A stretch of DNA of 60,438 nt, filler included, from Nemertoderma westbladi (lineage: Eukaryota > Animalia > Xenacoelomorpha): NCBI GenBank assembly GCA_032718475.1. It is 3 parts of 3 records of this genome, joined end to end, with 100 filler letters (N's around TTAATTAATTAA, not from the genome) between each part and the next. Parts side by side here need not be neighbours in the genome. Positions count along the whole stretch, not along the records: positions 29,038 to 51,559 come from JAUCBJ010001282.1; positions 51,660 to 60,438 come from JAUCBJ010001943.1; 1 more part is not named here. One strand, 5' to 3'. The stretch's first letter is position 1. The number at the start of each line of letters is the position of its first letter. This document shows, one piece after another, positions 38,507 through 51,845 of this stretch. Both the position numbers and the translations under genes were made by a program. The notes beneath the pieces are model-generated. The model made no database searches, was not told the origin of the DNA, and was given only the letters and a program-made list of their open reading frames with translations.

Positions 38507-39481
38507 CGGTATTATATAATACAGTATTAATTGGCAGTAGGCTACACTTGCATATTAAAAAATGACGCCGATAAACCCAACTTAATGAAGTAAAGCTGGA
38601 ATACTCAGATATGGCAATAGACTGATAGGGCCGAGTCAAATGCTGACCGGTACTCAAGGCAGGGCTGCCTACCCGTCAGGAAATCTGTCGAGTTTGCAAT
38701 TGGGATCAGCATTTTAACAATATTCCTCATCATGAATTTAAGTATTGTAGTATCAAAAGACGCGCAAAACTCGCTTTCAATTAATATAAGCCACGGGTGA
38801 AATTAATGTGTATTTGAATCGATCGAAAATCTCTCTCCATAGAAATCAAGATAAAAAATTATCACAGCACTGCGTAATGACGTCAAATATGTAGCAGCCA
38901 ATCACAGCCGATTTTCAAAATTGGCTTCCCGGGCTTACTTAGACCGTTTCCATGTGTTTTTACAAAAACACACCCCGCCACTCGCTTCAGGGCACCTTCT
39001 TACCCCTTATTCATTTGTATCTAACAAAACAATTTTTTCGCGCTCCAACCCTATTGTACAAAAATAGAGAGTGAGCGTAGCTATAATTTGGGCGCCGGCC
39101 TGTTATAGATTTTCTGGTCCCTTTGCAAAATAAAATGGGGACATAAATGGTTTCCATAACAGCCGATCCTGTGAGCCACTATCACTGAGAAGTTCAAATA
39201 CTAGAAGGGGTGGTTTAGGCTGTCTGTATGGACTAGGACATCATATTTCGGTTTAACACAAGATTTGTGTATAGATATATATCTTGCAGGTAAAATTTAT
39301 ATGAATATTAATAATGAGTATAAGAGGGAAATAATGTAGGGTATGCCAACTAACTCCACCATAGTATTAATTGTTTTCTGAAGACTCATGATTGGTCGGA
39401 TGTTTCTAGTGGCTGATCTATCAATTACCACCAATCAAGTTTACTGCTAATCGACTTTGTAAGGAGTAACTAAATTAGAAC

Positions 39482-40713
39482 GGCGCAGAGGCGGTACGGC
39501 TGATGTCGCGTTACGGAAAGTCGCGTTACGGCAAATTTTCAGAGCTGCCGTAACGCGACTTTAAAAGTCGTGGTACTGCTACTCAAAAAGTCGCGGTACG
39601 GCTAATTGTCGCGTTACGGCTAATCTATTGTCTTGGTTTTACATAGGGAATCATTATCAATATTATTCTATGGTGTTTACGTACAGATGAGAAAGGTTCG
39701 AAAAATTTAATGTAATAATGTTTTACAGCATGGGATTTTCCAGGGGAGGGGGGGGGGGACTTTAACTAAAAAAAATTAATTTATTAATTATTATATTATT
39801 ATTGTTGTATTGAGTACCCCAGTACACAGTACCATATATTGCCGAAATATTGCACTTTGAATTTATCATTATTTTAATAAAATCAAAAGTATCTCAAACT
39901 AAAGCTCTTGAATTAGCCAGTCATCGCCCGCGTATGGCATGGCGTAGTGTGGTATGGCATGGTGGTGTGGGTTGGAATGGTTCGGCCGCGAAGGGGTGGT
40001 TTGGTGGTGGGGTGGTTGGAATGGTTCGGCCGCGAAGGGGTGGTTCGGTGGTGGGTTGGAATAGTTCGGCCGCGAAGGGGTGGTTCGGTGGTGGGTTGGA
40101 ATAGTTCGGCCGCGAAGGGGTGGTTTGGGGGTGGGTTGCGAAGAAATGGTTCGGGCCGCGAAGGGGTGGTTCAATACACCAAGATGCCAGTCGGGATCAC
40201 CACCCCCTCCCAATGCAGCTTGACTTTCAACTGGGTGATCGGCGGTTGGAAGGACGGCCATTGAATCCCCAAACAGAATGCAATATGGTCTCGGTAGTGA
40301 GCCAGGCGTTGGAACAACATCGATATGAAGTAGTGGAATATGTTCCACAAAACCATTCATTGCTTCTTTGGCTGCTATTATTGACTGTAATCGGTATCTG
40401 TGCTTGAGGCTGTGACTAAGAATACCATAGAATACAATATAATATTAAATGTGAGGTTGTCGAAGAACATCAGTATGAAAGATGGTAAAACATTATTACA
40501 TTACATTTTTCGGACCTCATCTGTACGTAAACACCATAGAATAATAGTGATAATGATTCCTATGTAAAACCAAGACAATAGATTAGCCGTAACGCGACAA
40601 TTAGCCATAACGCGACTTTTAGAGTAGCCGTACCGCGACTTTGAAAGTCGCGTTACGGCTAATCTCCCAAAAAATTTGCAGTAACGCGACAGTCGCCGTA
40701 ACGCGACGACACC
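39482..40713. mobile_element. Non-autonomous TIR DNA transposon (Merlin- or MULE-like) with ~240-bp TIRs and an internal 40-bp minisatellite
   Basis: Inverted arms 39482-39728 and 40484-40713 rich in GTCGCGTTACGG, GG...CC ends, 8-bp TSD ATTAGAAC at 39474-39481 and 40714-40721. Confidence 0.8.
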
Positions 40714-41290
40714 ATTAGAACTGGGCGTCCATAGGTTTCATTGCCATATACGGTCATATGGGGAATGTAGGATGCGAGGGTAGTAGTTACACCTAAGTGG
40801 GTGAATGTCAATAGTTTTCATTCTCATAAATAATTTTAAAATAATAAATTTACATTAATTTTTAATTACTGCATTATATTATAATTACAGGTCTACACAG
40901 TACCACCAGAATCCAAGGGAACTTTCACATTTGATTTACCCAATTCGGTGTTCGCTCGAATTATTGGCATTGAACTAGTGAAGGACAAGGGCGTAGAGAC
41001 GGGGGGGAAGGTGGGGAAACGTTCGAAGAACCATCAGTACGAACAGCAGTTTTTTATAATCGTGAAAGGATGTGCAGAAGGTATTACTGTTAATTATATA
41101 TCCAATTATTATTCTCACAAAAATATAAAATGTAAGATTACAGCGTTACAGTTGCATTACAGCTGGGCCTCCTACACATATGATCATATTCTGTAATCAC
41201 TGGCAAATGGCTTACAAGTTAACATTTTTTTTTCATATTTTTCTACTTACTGGGATATATAAATATTTGCCTAAATAATATATATCGCAC

Positions 41291-41861
41291 TGTGACGGGA
41301 TCAGGGGATCCTGACTGGTTTGTTTTCGTTACGCGTCGCCACTCGTTGTGAGAATATAGTTAGTTGTTGCTGTTGTTCTGATATTGTTAATGAATAAGAT
41401 ATAATATAGTAGCAAGAAATATATATGTAAGTACGATAAATAACGTTGTACCGGTAGTGGTGGTGACGGCGGTGACGGTACGAAAATGTCACCTAACTGC
41501 ACTAATTAATGACTGAGTAAACTGAACAACCGACCGGTAGCAGGACAATATATATGTATGATTAGTACACTACTACGGCCTTCGTCCAGTGGATACTCTC
41601 CCCCCTGCTCTCATTGGCTGTTATCCCACTTCTCGCCTCCACCTCTGTGGGAGTGCTCCCCCCCCTCGCTGCTGTTACTTTCCCTCTCCCAAGAGGTTTG
41701 ACCTATAACCTCTTTTGTGTGGCTCTTTTGGGCCGTATGTTGTGCCCGTTATTGGGGGTGATACGAGGTTGATTGTAATCAACCTTGTACTCCCCAATAT
41801 TGCTTAAAACAACACTTCCCAACTTTATGGGGTCGGTGGGGCGGAATTGAATCCGCTCACA
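41291..41861 (-). repeat. Family B 3' LTR (minus copy)
   Basis: TGTGAGCGGATTCAATTCCGC...GATCCCGTCACA on the minus strand, with a poly-G PPT at 41862-41877. Confidence 0.88.
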
Positions 41862-42784
41862 CTCCCCCCCCCCCCCATGCTATCTTCCCGGTGAGAAGAT
41901 AGCATCAACCTCTAAGTGCACTTCAATTCCGCTGGAAACCCGACCTACTATCGGGTGTGGGGCGGAGTTCTCTTACTTTGGAGTCGGCTTTCCAGGCCGC
42001 TCCCTATGGGTATGATGTTACTACCCTCTCTTGGTGCAACCGCAACCTATGTTGCACCAAGTCACCTGGCGTCTCGGTTTGAGACAATTGTGGATTTCTC
42101 TCACACAATTTTAAAAAGCTCTCTCACTCAAACTCTAACCTCTCACTCTAACTCTCCTCTAACTCCACTCTAACTCCACTCTTACTCTCTCCCCACACCT
42201 GAATCACACTCGCTGTACTCTCCACCACTCCCAAAGGCGCTAATCTTATGCTACTACACTGTGCTATCATTCTATCTACTTACTACTTACTTGCTACTTA
42301 CTCCCTAATTCTACTAACTCTCTAACTCTAACTAGCTCTCTTAACTCTACTAACTCCTAACTTTACTAACTCTTCTAAGTCTACTAACTCTAACTAGTTC
42401 TCTAACTAGCTACGTGGCGCTTTCGGTGCCCACAACCACTCTGCTACTACCTCTATCTACGTGGCGCTTTTGGTGCCCACAACCACTCTGCTTACTACTC
42501 TCTACGTGGCGCTTGTGGTGCCCTTACCCGCCGACTTCTAATACTCCTATTGACTCCTAACTTTCTTACTATCTTACTTCTACTAACTTTCTGACTTTCT
42601 ACTTACTATCTAGCTTCTACTAACTATCTGACTACTAACTTCTTGCTATCTTCTACTAACTTTCATACTTCTAACTTTCTACTTACTATCTTCTACTTAT
42701 TTATTATTTTAATTATTTTATTTTATTTTATTTAAATAATTATTTGTGTGTGGGAAGGGCGTCTCGCCCTCATTCCCACCCCCC

Positions 42785-45002
42785 TCAGTCCAAAATATTG
42801 GACGAATAAACTTCGTCTAAACTTCGAGGGCGATTCTTCCAACAGGCACTCTCCCACTGCTCCCCTTGTAGGTCCTGTAGGATTCGCCACACTCTCCTCG
42901 CCAATTCCAACTCACCAGGAATTGGTTCTCCCTCTTCTGCCACCCTAAAATCGGGTCTCTCCACCGCCTTCTTAACTTCCTGATCTCCTGGCAGCAAAAT
43001 GCCACCCTTCATCTGGTCTCCCGGCGGCAGAATGGAAAGAAACTGAAAGAACAGACAAAACAGAACAAACAATAGTAATCCTATCCCTTTCCATCTTGTC
43101 TTCTTACTCGACTTCCCCATTGTCGGTATGCCTCTCAACCAGACCGGCGTTTCTTCTGGACACTCCTCTGGACACTCCTTCCGACACTCCTCCGGACACT
43201 CCTCCGGACACTCCTCCGGACACTCCTCCGGACACTCCTCCGGACACTCCTCCGGACACTCCTCCGGACTGTTGTCCTCCAGACATCTCGCCGTCCGCTC
43301 CTCCGGGTTGTCCTCCGGACATCTCGCCGTCCTCTCCTCTCCATCCCCATACCGATACTTGCTGGGACCCTTGTTCCATCCCATTGCCTCTAAGTCTTCC
43401 GCGTCAAATCCATTCTCCTCCACCCACTCTCCTACTGTTACCTCCCCGTCTGGCTCATCTACCATCTCCGGTATCTTCTCTTCGTCCTCTGCGTCTACGG
43501 TGCCTGGTAACATGCACCCTGATGTCTCCGTCACCCTGGATGGAATCTTGGTTTTAACAGGGCCGCTAAGCGTCCATCCGAACGGTGTGAGGATCGCCAT
43601 CAGATCCCGCTGTCTGTCTTCACCAAAGACTGTCTGCATTCTCTCGTGGGCCGTCGGGCAGTCCATTCCTACTATAATGGATACCTTCCTCATCTCCAGG
43701 ACCTCGTCCTTACTTGAGACGGTTGTTACCGCCATCCTATTCGGCCTCGTCTTTAGCCCTATCTCTTTGGCCACCCAATTCTCCACCAGCGTGAAGGCTG
43801 CTCCACTGTTGACCACCATTAATATCGTTACTGATCGACCGCCCTTTCCTGATATCTTCACTGGTACTACCCCGAGTAGTACTTTCCTCTTTTGTCTTGC
43901 TACTGTCGTGCTTGTAGCCATGGTTTGGCCTCCAGTCTCATCCTCTCCTATTGCTGTTTCTCTACACTCTCCGGATCTGTGTCCTTCTACCACACAACGA
44001 TGACATAGTCCGTTTGCGTCTGTGTAGGCTATACGATCTTGTTTGGGCAACGCTTGCCAGTGCTTACAACTCATGGTCTTATGGGTTCCATCCCGATGTA
44101 ATTGACATTCGAATCCTGCATTATAGCGTTCCCTGTATAGTCCTTCACGTATCACAGATTCACTTCACTGATTTAGTGTTTTGGTTATCTAGACTCGGCC
44201 TACTGGGTATGTTGGGATTATGTTTATTTGTGTTGTTATTTTCTTTCTGTCCCTACCATGGTGTGGCCCTACTCCCAGCTAACTGTGGGCTTGTAGCCCC
44301 CTGTGTGGCCGCGTGTGGTAGCGACTGTCTTACTCTCGGGAATGGATCTGCAGGATTGTGTTCGGGTTTAGGCCTGTTGTATTCGGTCTTTGGCGCCTTC
44401 CCCAAACTATCCTCACTATAGACTGGGTCTGTAATCAACTCGGCTTCGTAGTTGAGGAAGTTTGACATTTCCTCTAGCCCTGGCTCCGCACCTTTCTTCT
44501 CCCGAGTGGAGAAGGCGATCTTCCTCCACTTGCTCCGTAACCAGATCGGCAGTGCCTGCGCTATCGTGGTGATGTTATTAGATGCGTTGAGTTCGTATGG
44601 CGCATCTAGCGTCTTCAACAGGATTAGCGCATTCCCGACTTTGTTCGCAAACATCTTTATGCTAACGGGGTTATCCTGTAGGCAACCCGATGTTATACCC
44701 CTCAGGGTTTGCCGGATGATCTTGGCTGGGTGTCCATATTCCCTGTCTAGCGCCCGCCATGCTTTCGTGAAGCCACCCTCGATGCCCTGGTACTGCCTCA
44801 CGATGTCGTATGCTGGGCCTCCTGTATACACCTGTAGATATTATAGGCACTCCGTCTGCGTCAAGTTCTTACTTAATATCTCGTTGCTGTACATGCGCCG
44901 AAATTGCAGGTATTCTTCCGGCCTACTTCCGTCGAATTTAAATGGCTCGACTGGTGGTAACTCGATCCTGGTCTTTAGTGCATCGATTAGTGTCGCCATT
45001 CC
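42785..45002 (-). pseudogene. gag: Family B gag plus degenerate aspartic protease and acidic PEEC-repeat tail
   Basis: ORFs 44841-45000, 44253-44831 and 42785-44155 carry BEL gag/protease motifs. The catalytic D is replaced by N (NSG). Confidence 0.8.
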
Positions 45003-46560
45003 CACAGTCTTACCCTGTTCACTCCCATCATTGGCTGTCCCATCCTGGTGTTGTCTAACGCGTTCAAACAAGTGTTGGATTGTGTGTCCAACATATTCCC
45101 CCTTACAAGAGGTAAAAGAGAAAGAGTAAACGACATTAGACGCAAGGATTTCCGGGATGGAGTTTCTGAGAGATGGGAGTGAATCGCACAGTTTAGATGT
45201 TGTGAAAACAAACTGAACTGGCCGTGTGCAAGACCTGGGTATAAGACCACGTATCTTTCAAACAAACAGATCATTTGCCCGACCTCGATACTCGAACTTA
45301 CAGATAATAGGCTTGGAATCATCAGCAGCTGCCTGGTCGACCGGATCAATGACCTTGGTGGGGACAGCTGTTGGTGCCTCGCCCCCAGAACTATGGGGTC
45401 TCCATTGGGCCCCATACTCGCCAACATCTTTCTGTCACAGTTCGTCAAGAGGATCGCTGCGGGCACCAAGCTCAGTGATAGGTACGTCGATGACGTATTT
45501 AGTGTTGGCAGTAACAACCCCACTGTGAATTTGAGAGAGGTCAATGCCCTCCATCCCAATCTTAGGTTTACCCTTGAGATGGAGGAAGGGGGGGGGGGGG
45601 CTTTGTCCTTTCTTGATTTGGTTGTCACTCGGGTTGACTATGCTCTTTCAACAGCGTGGTACCGCAAGCCTATAGATACTGGGCTCGTTCTCAATGCCAC
45701 TGCGTGTGCCCCTGAGTCTCACAAACGCAGTGTAGTTCATGGTATGTTTCATCGCATCTATAATGCCAGTAAGGGTGGGGATGGTTCCCAACTCTATACC
45801 GGTATTGGGGATGCTAAGAATATTCTTAGCAATAACCAATATACTGATACGATGGTCGAGCATGAGCTAGCCGTAGTTCAAGCCACTAGGGGGCGTGCAG
45901 GCAGTGGTTCTGGGGGAGAGGCACCAACAGCTGTCCCCACCGAGGTCATTGACCCGGTCGACCAGGCAGCTACTGATGATTCCAAGCCTATTATCTGTAA
46001 GTTCGGGTACCGAGGTCGGGCAACTGATCTGTTTGTTCGAAACTTACGTGGTCTTATACAAAGGTCTTGCACACGGCCAGTTCGGTTTGTTTTTACAGCA
46101 TCTAAACTGCGCCAGTCACTGCCATCTCTCAAACACCCCATCCCGGAAATCCTTGCGACTAACGTCGTTTACTCTTTCTCTTTTCCCTCTTGTAAGGGGG
46201 AATATGTTGTACACACCATCCAAAACTTGTTTGAACGCGTTAGGCAGCACCAGGATGAGACAGACAATGATGGGAGCGAACAGGGTAAGACTGTGCACAA
46301 CCACATCATGACGCAGGTATATCTTCATTTCGTTACCTGTTCCGTCCCCCTTTGGGAATCTCTCTCTACATTTCATGGCTTGGCCTCCTGAGAATGCCTT
46401 CAGTTGCGGGGCGAAACCTACCGATCAGCTGGCTGCCGTCAGCTGATTACTGATTGCATGCAACGTCTAGGTCTTGTTGCTTTTTAGTTTTTTACATACT
46501 TTGGCACTGACATACCTACCGGTAAGGTTTTTACTTAACGTGCTTGCTTAATAAATAAAA
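45003..46560 (+). mobile_element. Penelope-like element fragment (RT C-half plus GIY-YIG) with an inverted 5' duplication
   Basis: MGSPLGPILANIFL, RYVDD, LSFLDL, WYRKP, VVYSFSFPSCKGEYV..T...L.ER...H. 45003-45393 is an inverted copy of about 45905-46296. Confidence 0.85.
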
Positions 46561-46944
46561 TACAGTTAACTCTTTATTATTGGATTTTCAAGCTTCTACT
46601 TCAATTAAATAAAAATATATCCTGTAAATATTAAACCAGATATTATTGAGATGAGAATGTTAATTTCGTACTCCATAGAAACTCCACCTCCACCAGGCAC
46701 ACCATGTCCACCACGAACACAATCTCCGCACCAAGAATACCATCCCCACCAGGGACACCATCATGACCTACTATATTATATTATATATATTATTATTATA
46801 TATTATAGTAGGTCATGACACCATCCCTGCAAAGGAACACCATCTCGACCGGTTTCTCCATCACTTTTTAAATTAGCTTTAAATTTTAAATAGGCTGCTT
46901 CCAGTAATGGTCATTTTGCAAACTACAAGACATGAATTTTGCCT

Positions 46945-47230
46945 GTAAGATGGCTTGCTTGAGCATTTGGATGACTACTTCGGATCATGGATCTGGAAGT
47001 CAAAAGACATCGGATAAGTAAGGGGAAGGCATGGGCAGCATTGAATAGTCTGTCCAGGAATTAGAACTCCAACAGAATATAACGGAATCTCGAGGTTTAA
47101 TTATTTGGGGGTGCCGTAGAACCAGTACCCTTATAAGTGAGTCGATGCTGGCGCTGGATTCTGACTGCAGAGGAGACAAGAATGCTACGCCGGGTTAATT
47201 GTGTCAAGTACAATGAACACATCATAAGAT
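46945..47230 (+). mobile_element. Short degraded RTE LINE fragment
   Basis: Homologous to the reverse complement of 31330-31560 (GGGAAGGCATGGGCAGC..TGAATAG). Confidence 0.7.
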
Positions 47231-47689
47231 CATACTATCTATTGATCAATTTGCCTATTTTCAAAATTTGATGCTTGTACAAAAAATTTTACCCACCGTC
47301 GAGAAATACAAGTCTGAGAACTTTTAAGCAATTTTTACTTATTCCATTGAATTCGGAATCCTTACAAACCCGTATAACTCAAGTAACAAGGTGACAAAGT
47401 AACAAAGTACAAGTAACAAATAATTTGATTGGTTTCAAAAGTTGGTGTCTAGCTCCAAATTTGACACCCACTTCCGAACACTACACGTTTGATATATCTA
47501 GTTAGATAATTATTTATTCCATTGAATTCAGAACATCCATAAATCTCTAAAATGCGAGAATCAAGTTGTTACAATCATTTGAACTATTGAATGGATTTAC
47601 AACCCCAATGGATTTAGAACCCCAAAAAATATTGCGCAAAAACAGGTTCAAACAATCAATTACAAAGTTGAAATATTTCAAAATTTAGT

Positions 47690-48815
47690 AAACGCCGAAA
47701 AAACAAGTTTGAAATTTCTAACTAATTTTATGTGAATCCCATCTAATTATGAACACCAAAAAACCGTTCTAAATAAAAAATATAGATGTTACAAATCATA
47801 TTTCATGAAATTAAATTTTCACAAAACGTCTCAAAAAAGTGCAAAAAGTAGGGTTAAATAAAGGTACTATAACTCAAAAACTTCCCGATATTTTTAAAAA
47901 CCGTTTTCACTATTAGGCAGACAACATATTTTTTCACATATTTTTCATATTCTTTCATACGCCGAAAAAAACAAGTTTGAAATTTCTAGCTAATTTTATG
48001 TGAATCCCATCTAATTATGAACACCGAAAAACCGTTCTAAATAAAAAATATAGATGTTACAAATCATATGTCATGTGACGGGATCAAGGGATCCCGACCG
48101 GATAGATTCACTACGCGTCACCGTTGTTTTAGTGGTGGTGATGGAAGTTTGGCCGAGGCCGATATGGAAAAATAGTGGGAGTTTGGTGTTATCTTCTGAC
48201 GTCGTCTGATAGTAAATAATATGTATGTGTAATAGCACAGTAACAGAATAACCGGTATGAGTAATTAGTCTGAATGTTGATGATGTTTTGGTGACGGTGA
48301 GAAAATGTCACCAGTCTGTACTAGAAACCAATAACTGAACTGGACCGCTAACAACATAATAATATATATGTGATTACTTCTACACTGCTGTGGCCTCTAA
48401 CCTAGTGGATGCTTCCCTCGCCCCTATTGGCTAATAACCCACTTCGCGCCTCTCCACTCTCTGGGAGTATTTCCCCCCTGCTGTTGGCCCCTGCTGGTCG
48501 TTTCCCCTCCCGAGGTGATTTGACCTCTAACCTCGCTTTGTGTGGCTTTGGGGTTTGTGTTCTCCCGGTGTTGGTTGCGATACGAGATTGGTTATTGCCA
48601 ATCTCGTATCTCCAACATTGCTGAAAAGGTGCCACTTCCCATTTTATGAGGGTAATGCGGCGGAATTGAATCCGCTCACATTTCATGAAATTAAATTTTC
48701 AAAAAACGTCTCAAAAAGTGCAAAAAGTAGGGTTAAATAATGGTACTATAACTCAAAAACTTCCCGATATTTTTAAAAACCGTTTTCACTATTAGGCAGA
48801 CAACATATTTTTACG
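47690..48815. repeat. ~270-bp tandem duplication of an AT-rich repeat, with the second copy split by a solo LTR
   Basis: 47693-47935 repeats at 47960-48073 plus 48681-48812. Confidence 0.8.
48074..48680 (-). mobile_element. Family B solo LTR with 5-bp TSD
   Basis: TGTGACGGGATC...ATCCGCTCACA flanked by TGTCA / TTTCA. The uninterrupted site AAATCATATTTCATGAAA is present in the neighbouring repeat copy. Confidence 0.9.
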
Positions 48816-51559
48816 AAAAGTCATACAATTTCAGATTCCCAACTGCGATTATTTCAGAGTTATAACAAAAAAAACAACGAGTGGTTATATTGACTCGGTA
48901 GGGGGGGGGGGGGGGGGGGGGGGTTAAATATTTGTTATTTACTGTAATATATTTTTGACCATCCAGTCAACAATATACACCACATCCATGTACCGTATTC
49001 TTAGTTCTCACTAGCCACAGGTCGACTAGTTAGAACAAACTTTGCACTAAATTTGGAGAGTTCGATCTATGCATATTCTTAAATCGTTACTAGGTGCTAG
49101 TCACACTACATATGAAGTACGAACTAGCTAGAGCGATCTTGACTGCTCCAGCTACCGGTAGTGCGACCTTTTATGGTGCATTTTCTATGGTGCATATCTA
49201 TAGTTTTTCACTTTTTAGCCTTCATCATTGTGTAGATATTTGGCTCAATAACATTATCTGTCTGTGCTGTCCGCTTCACCTGTCTGTCGACCTCTTCATT
49301 ATACAACACGTTTATACTTCACTGCAAATAAGCTTTGTAGTGGCAAATGGAAAGGAGCTCATCCATATTATTATTTGTATTATTAATTATTCGCACGAGG
49401 TGACAATATATGAATAAAATGAATAAAACTTATACAGCAATAAGATTAAAAAGGAACTCGTCCAATGCATATACACGTTAATTAAAATTAGTGTCAATAC
49501 GCATATAATTATAACTAAAATACAAATAAAATAGCAATTAATGACACACAAGGGGAAATGGTACGCCACAGGTAAAATTATATCCGATTGATGTTGAAGT
49601 AGTTCAGTATGAGGTCTCGCTTAGATTTAAATGTTAAGGAAGAACTATAACAGTCATACTGCGCAGTGCTTCCCCGTAGCTATCCAATCTCCCTGCTCTG
49701 ATCCGCAGATAATAAGCCAATTAAGTATCTGGTAGAATGTATGATAGTAATGTATGATGTAATAACACAAGGTGCCACAGATGTCCAATAGTATTGCAGT
49801 CAAAGTGATGTGTTGCCCATCCCAGCTGCCTGAATGTTTCAGAGTTCCTGCAGATGCGCATCCTTTGCAGCGGATGACGGGCTTATGCAGGGCAGCTTGG
49901 AACCCAAGAAAGTAACAAATGGATCTTTAAAATTAGAGAGCCATTCACATTAAGGAATGTTTGATTGCATCCTTTTGGTTGGTTCAGACCTGGGCAGTAT
50001 GACCATTTAGTTTTGGATTCTTCGAACTTTAGTTCCACCCATGCCATGCTAGACCCGCATTCAGTGTACCTATTCCAAATCAGCCAACATCCTGCCAAAT
50101 ACAAGGAAGTCATCCGCGTATACCAGCATCGCTATCCACATACTAATTAATTTGTTGTTTCCTGGGGAGTCGAATGGGAAATGGTTTTGGCTATAATATG
50201 TGGATTTAAACAACCCTGTTGAAAATCCCTGTTACACATACTAAGTACTTGTAAAGTCTACTTGCTATCTTCTTAACAAGTACTTGCCAAGATATGTAAA
50301 GTATATCACTTAATAAGCCAAATCTTTCTATGAATGTAAAGTTTTAATTAGGCACTTGGTAATTTTAAACAGTATGTCATGTAAATAGAAAGTAATTATA
50401 AATTTATCAATGCAAATTATAATATAAAACTCAAACGTGAGACTGACCAATCACTGCACTGTGCATGTGTGTGCATGTTCTGTGTAGATGGGAGGGGGGT
50501 GGGGGGGGGGGGGGGGGTACCTTATCCAATCCCTACACCCTACAATCTACAGGCCTACACCTACAATACCCTATACATTTAGAACAAGAAACAGCAGAGT
50601 ATATATGAAAATATTTAATCCATAGTGATATGAGAGTATCCTTGATATATTTTGGTGATGACCCATATATTCGTATTCGATTAGTTAGATTAATATAATT
50701 TATCTTATTTTCAGACAAAATAGAATATTCATATTGATAAATCTACGACAATTTATTAACTTTAAGACCTTGTAATAGGTCATTTGTCATTTTATATCTA
50801 TTCAAAAATGTAAATAATACACAAAAGCAATTGAAGCATAAGAAAACTGTACAATTAAAAAATAATGTTTTGCGATTAAAAAAATTTATCTTGCGATATT
50901 AATAGCTTGAACATTCCAACGCCCATATATCTGCTTTATCTCAACAAAATTTAATGGTATTTGGTATAAACAAAACAACATTTTTCGGCTTTCTTTCTTC
51001 ATTATTTTCTTTTCTTATTTCTTTCTAACATAGCAGCTTTGGTAATCAGAGGAATCACTCATTAAATCACCAAAAATGAACGCAAAACTGAATAATGTAA
51101 TAGGAATGCTAAATATTAGTTTGTTTTGGTTCATATTCAATTTCGATCCATTAGGACGTTAAATTACCTAATGTCAATGTCCCAATTTGATATATTACTA
51201 ACAACGTCAGCATTTTTTACCTATATTAAACAATATTTCATAGATGTTCAGATTCGCAGGAAAAAAGTACCAAATATGAACGTTTAATTTCTTTCGTGGA
51301 CGTCATGTGCTACCTGGGATAGCTGCATTCAGACCTGACAACTGGCAGGCCCCACTGAAACTACTGAACTGTTGTATGTAATACAGTGACATTGTTATGC
51401 CTATACTCAGGCAAGTACAAGCTCGCCCAACAACTAACAGTACTGCAGTAAGCCTATATCTGCATATATGCAATACTTTGCAGGGACATGGCAAGTACCT
51501 GCAAAATATAAGTGAGCAAAGTAACACTTGCAATATTTATTAAAACTAAAGAAATAACT

Positions 51560-51659
51560 NNNNNNNNNNNNNNNNNNNNNNNNNNNNNNNNNNNNNNNNN
51601 NNNTTAATTAATTAANNNNNNNNNNNNNNNNNNNNNNNNNNNNNNNNNNNNNNNNNNNN
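51560..51659. other. Assembly gap (N-run with linker)
   Basis: 100-bp N block. Confidence 0.98.
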
Positions 51660-51845
51660 TGATGAGAATTTCCCTTTGGAGAGTAAGGAAGGAATATTGG
51701 TGTCAATTAATGATAATGATGACATGCCATTGAAAACAACTGCCCCAGGTTCTTTGGATGGTGAGGTTACAACACGTCGTAATCCAGGACGGGATCGCAA
51801 GCCTCCTGACCGTTACCAATCACTTGAATGGCGCCATCATTAACT
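51660..51845 (+). mobile_element. Possible 3' tail of an LTR-retrotransposon (Gypsy-type) integrase
   Basis: Encodes RRNPGRDRKPPDRY, resembling the typical RRS.R.RK.P.RY integrase tail. Confidence 0.45.

Larger units (their letters stand above)
41291..45002 (-). mobile_element. LTR family B second copy (gag-protease-PEEC, no RT/integrase, no accessory ORF, 3' LTR)
   Basis: gag motifs PFKFDGSRPEEY and AWRALDREYG; CHRCVVEGHRSGEC; protease VLLGVVPV..VNSGAAFTL; TPFGW; PPT and LTR 41861-41291. Confidence 0.85.

Noticed and set aside
43030-43095. Hydrophobic stretch GLLLFVLFCLFFQFLSIL as an env remnant
   Set aside because: Not conserved in the homologous plus copy; no signal peptide, furin site or ectodomain.
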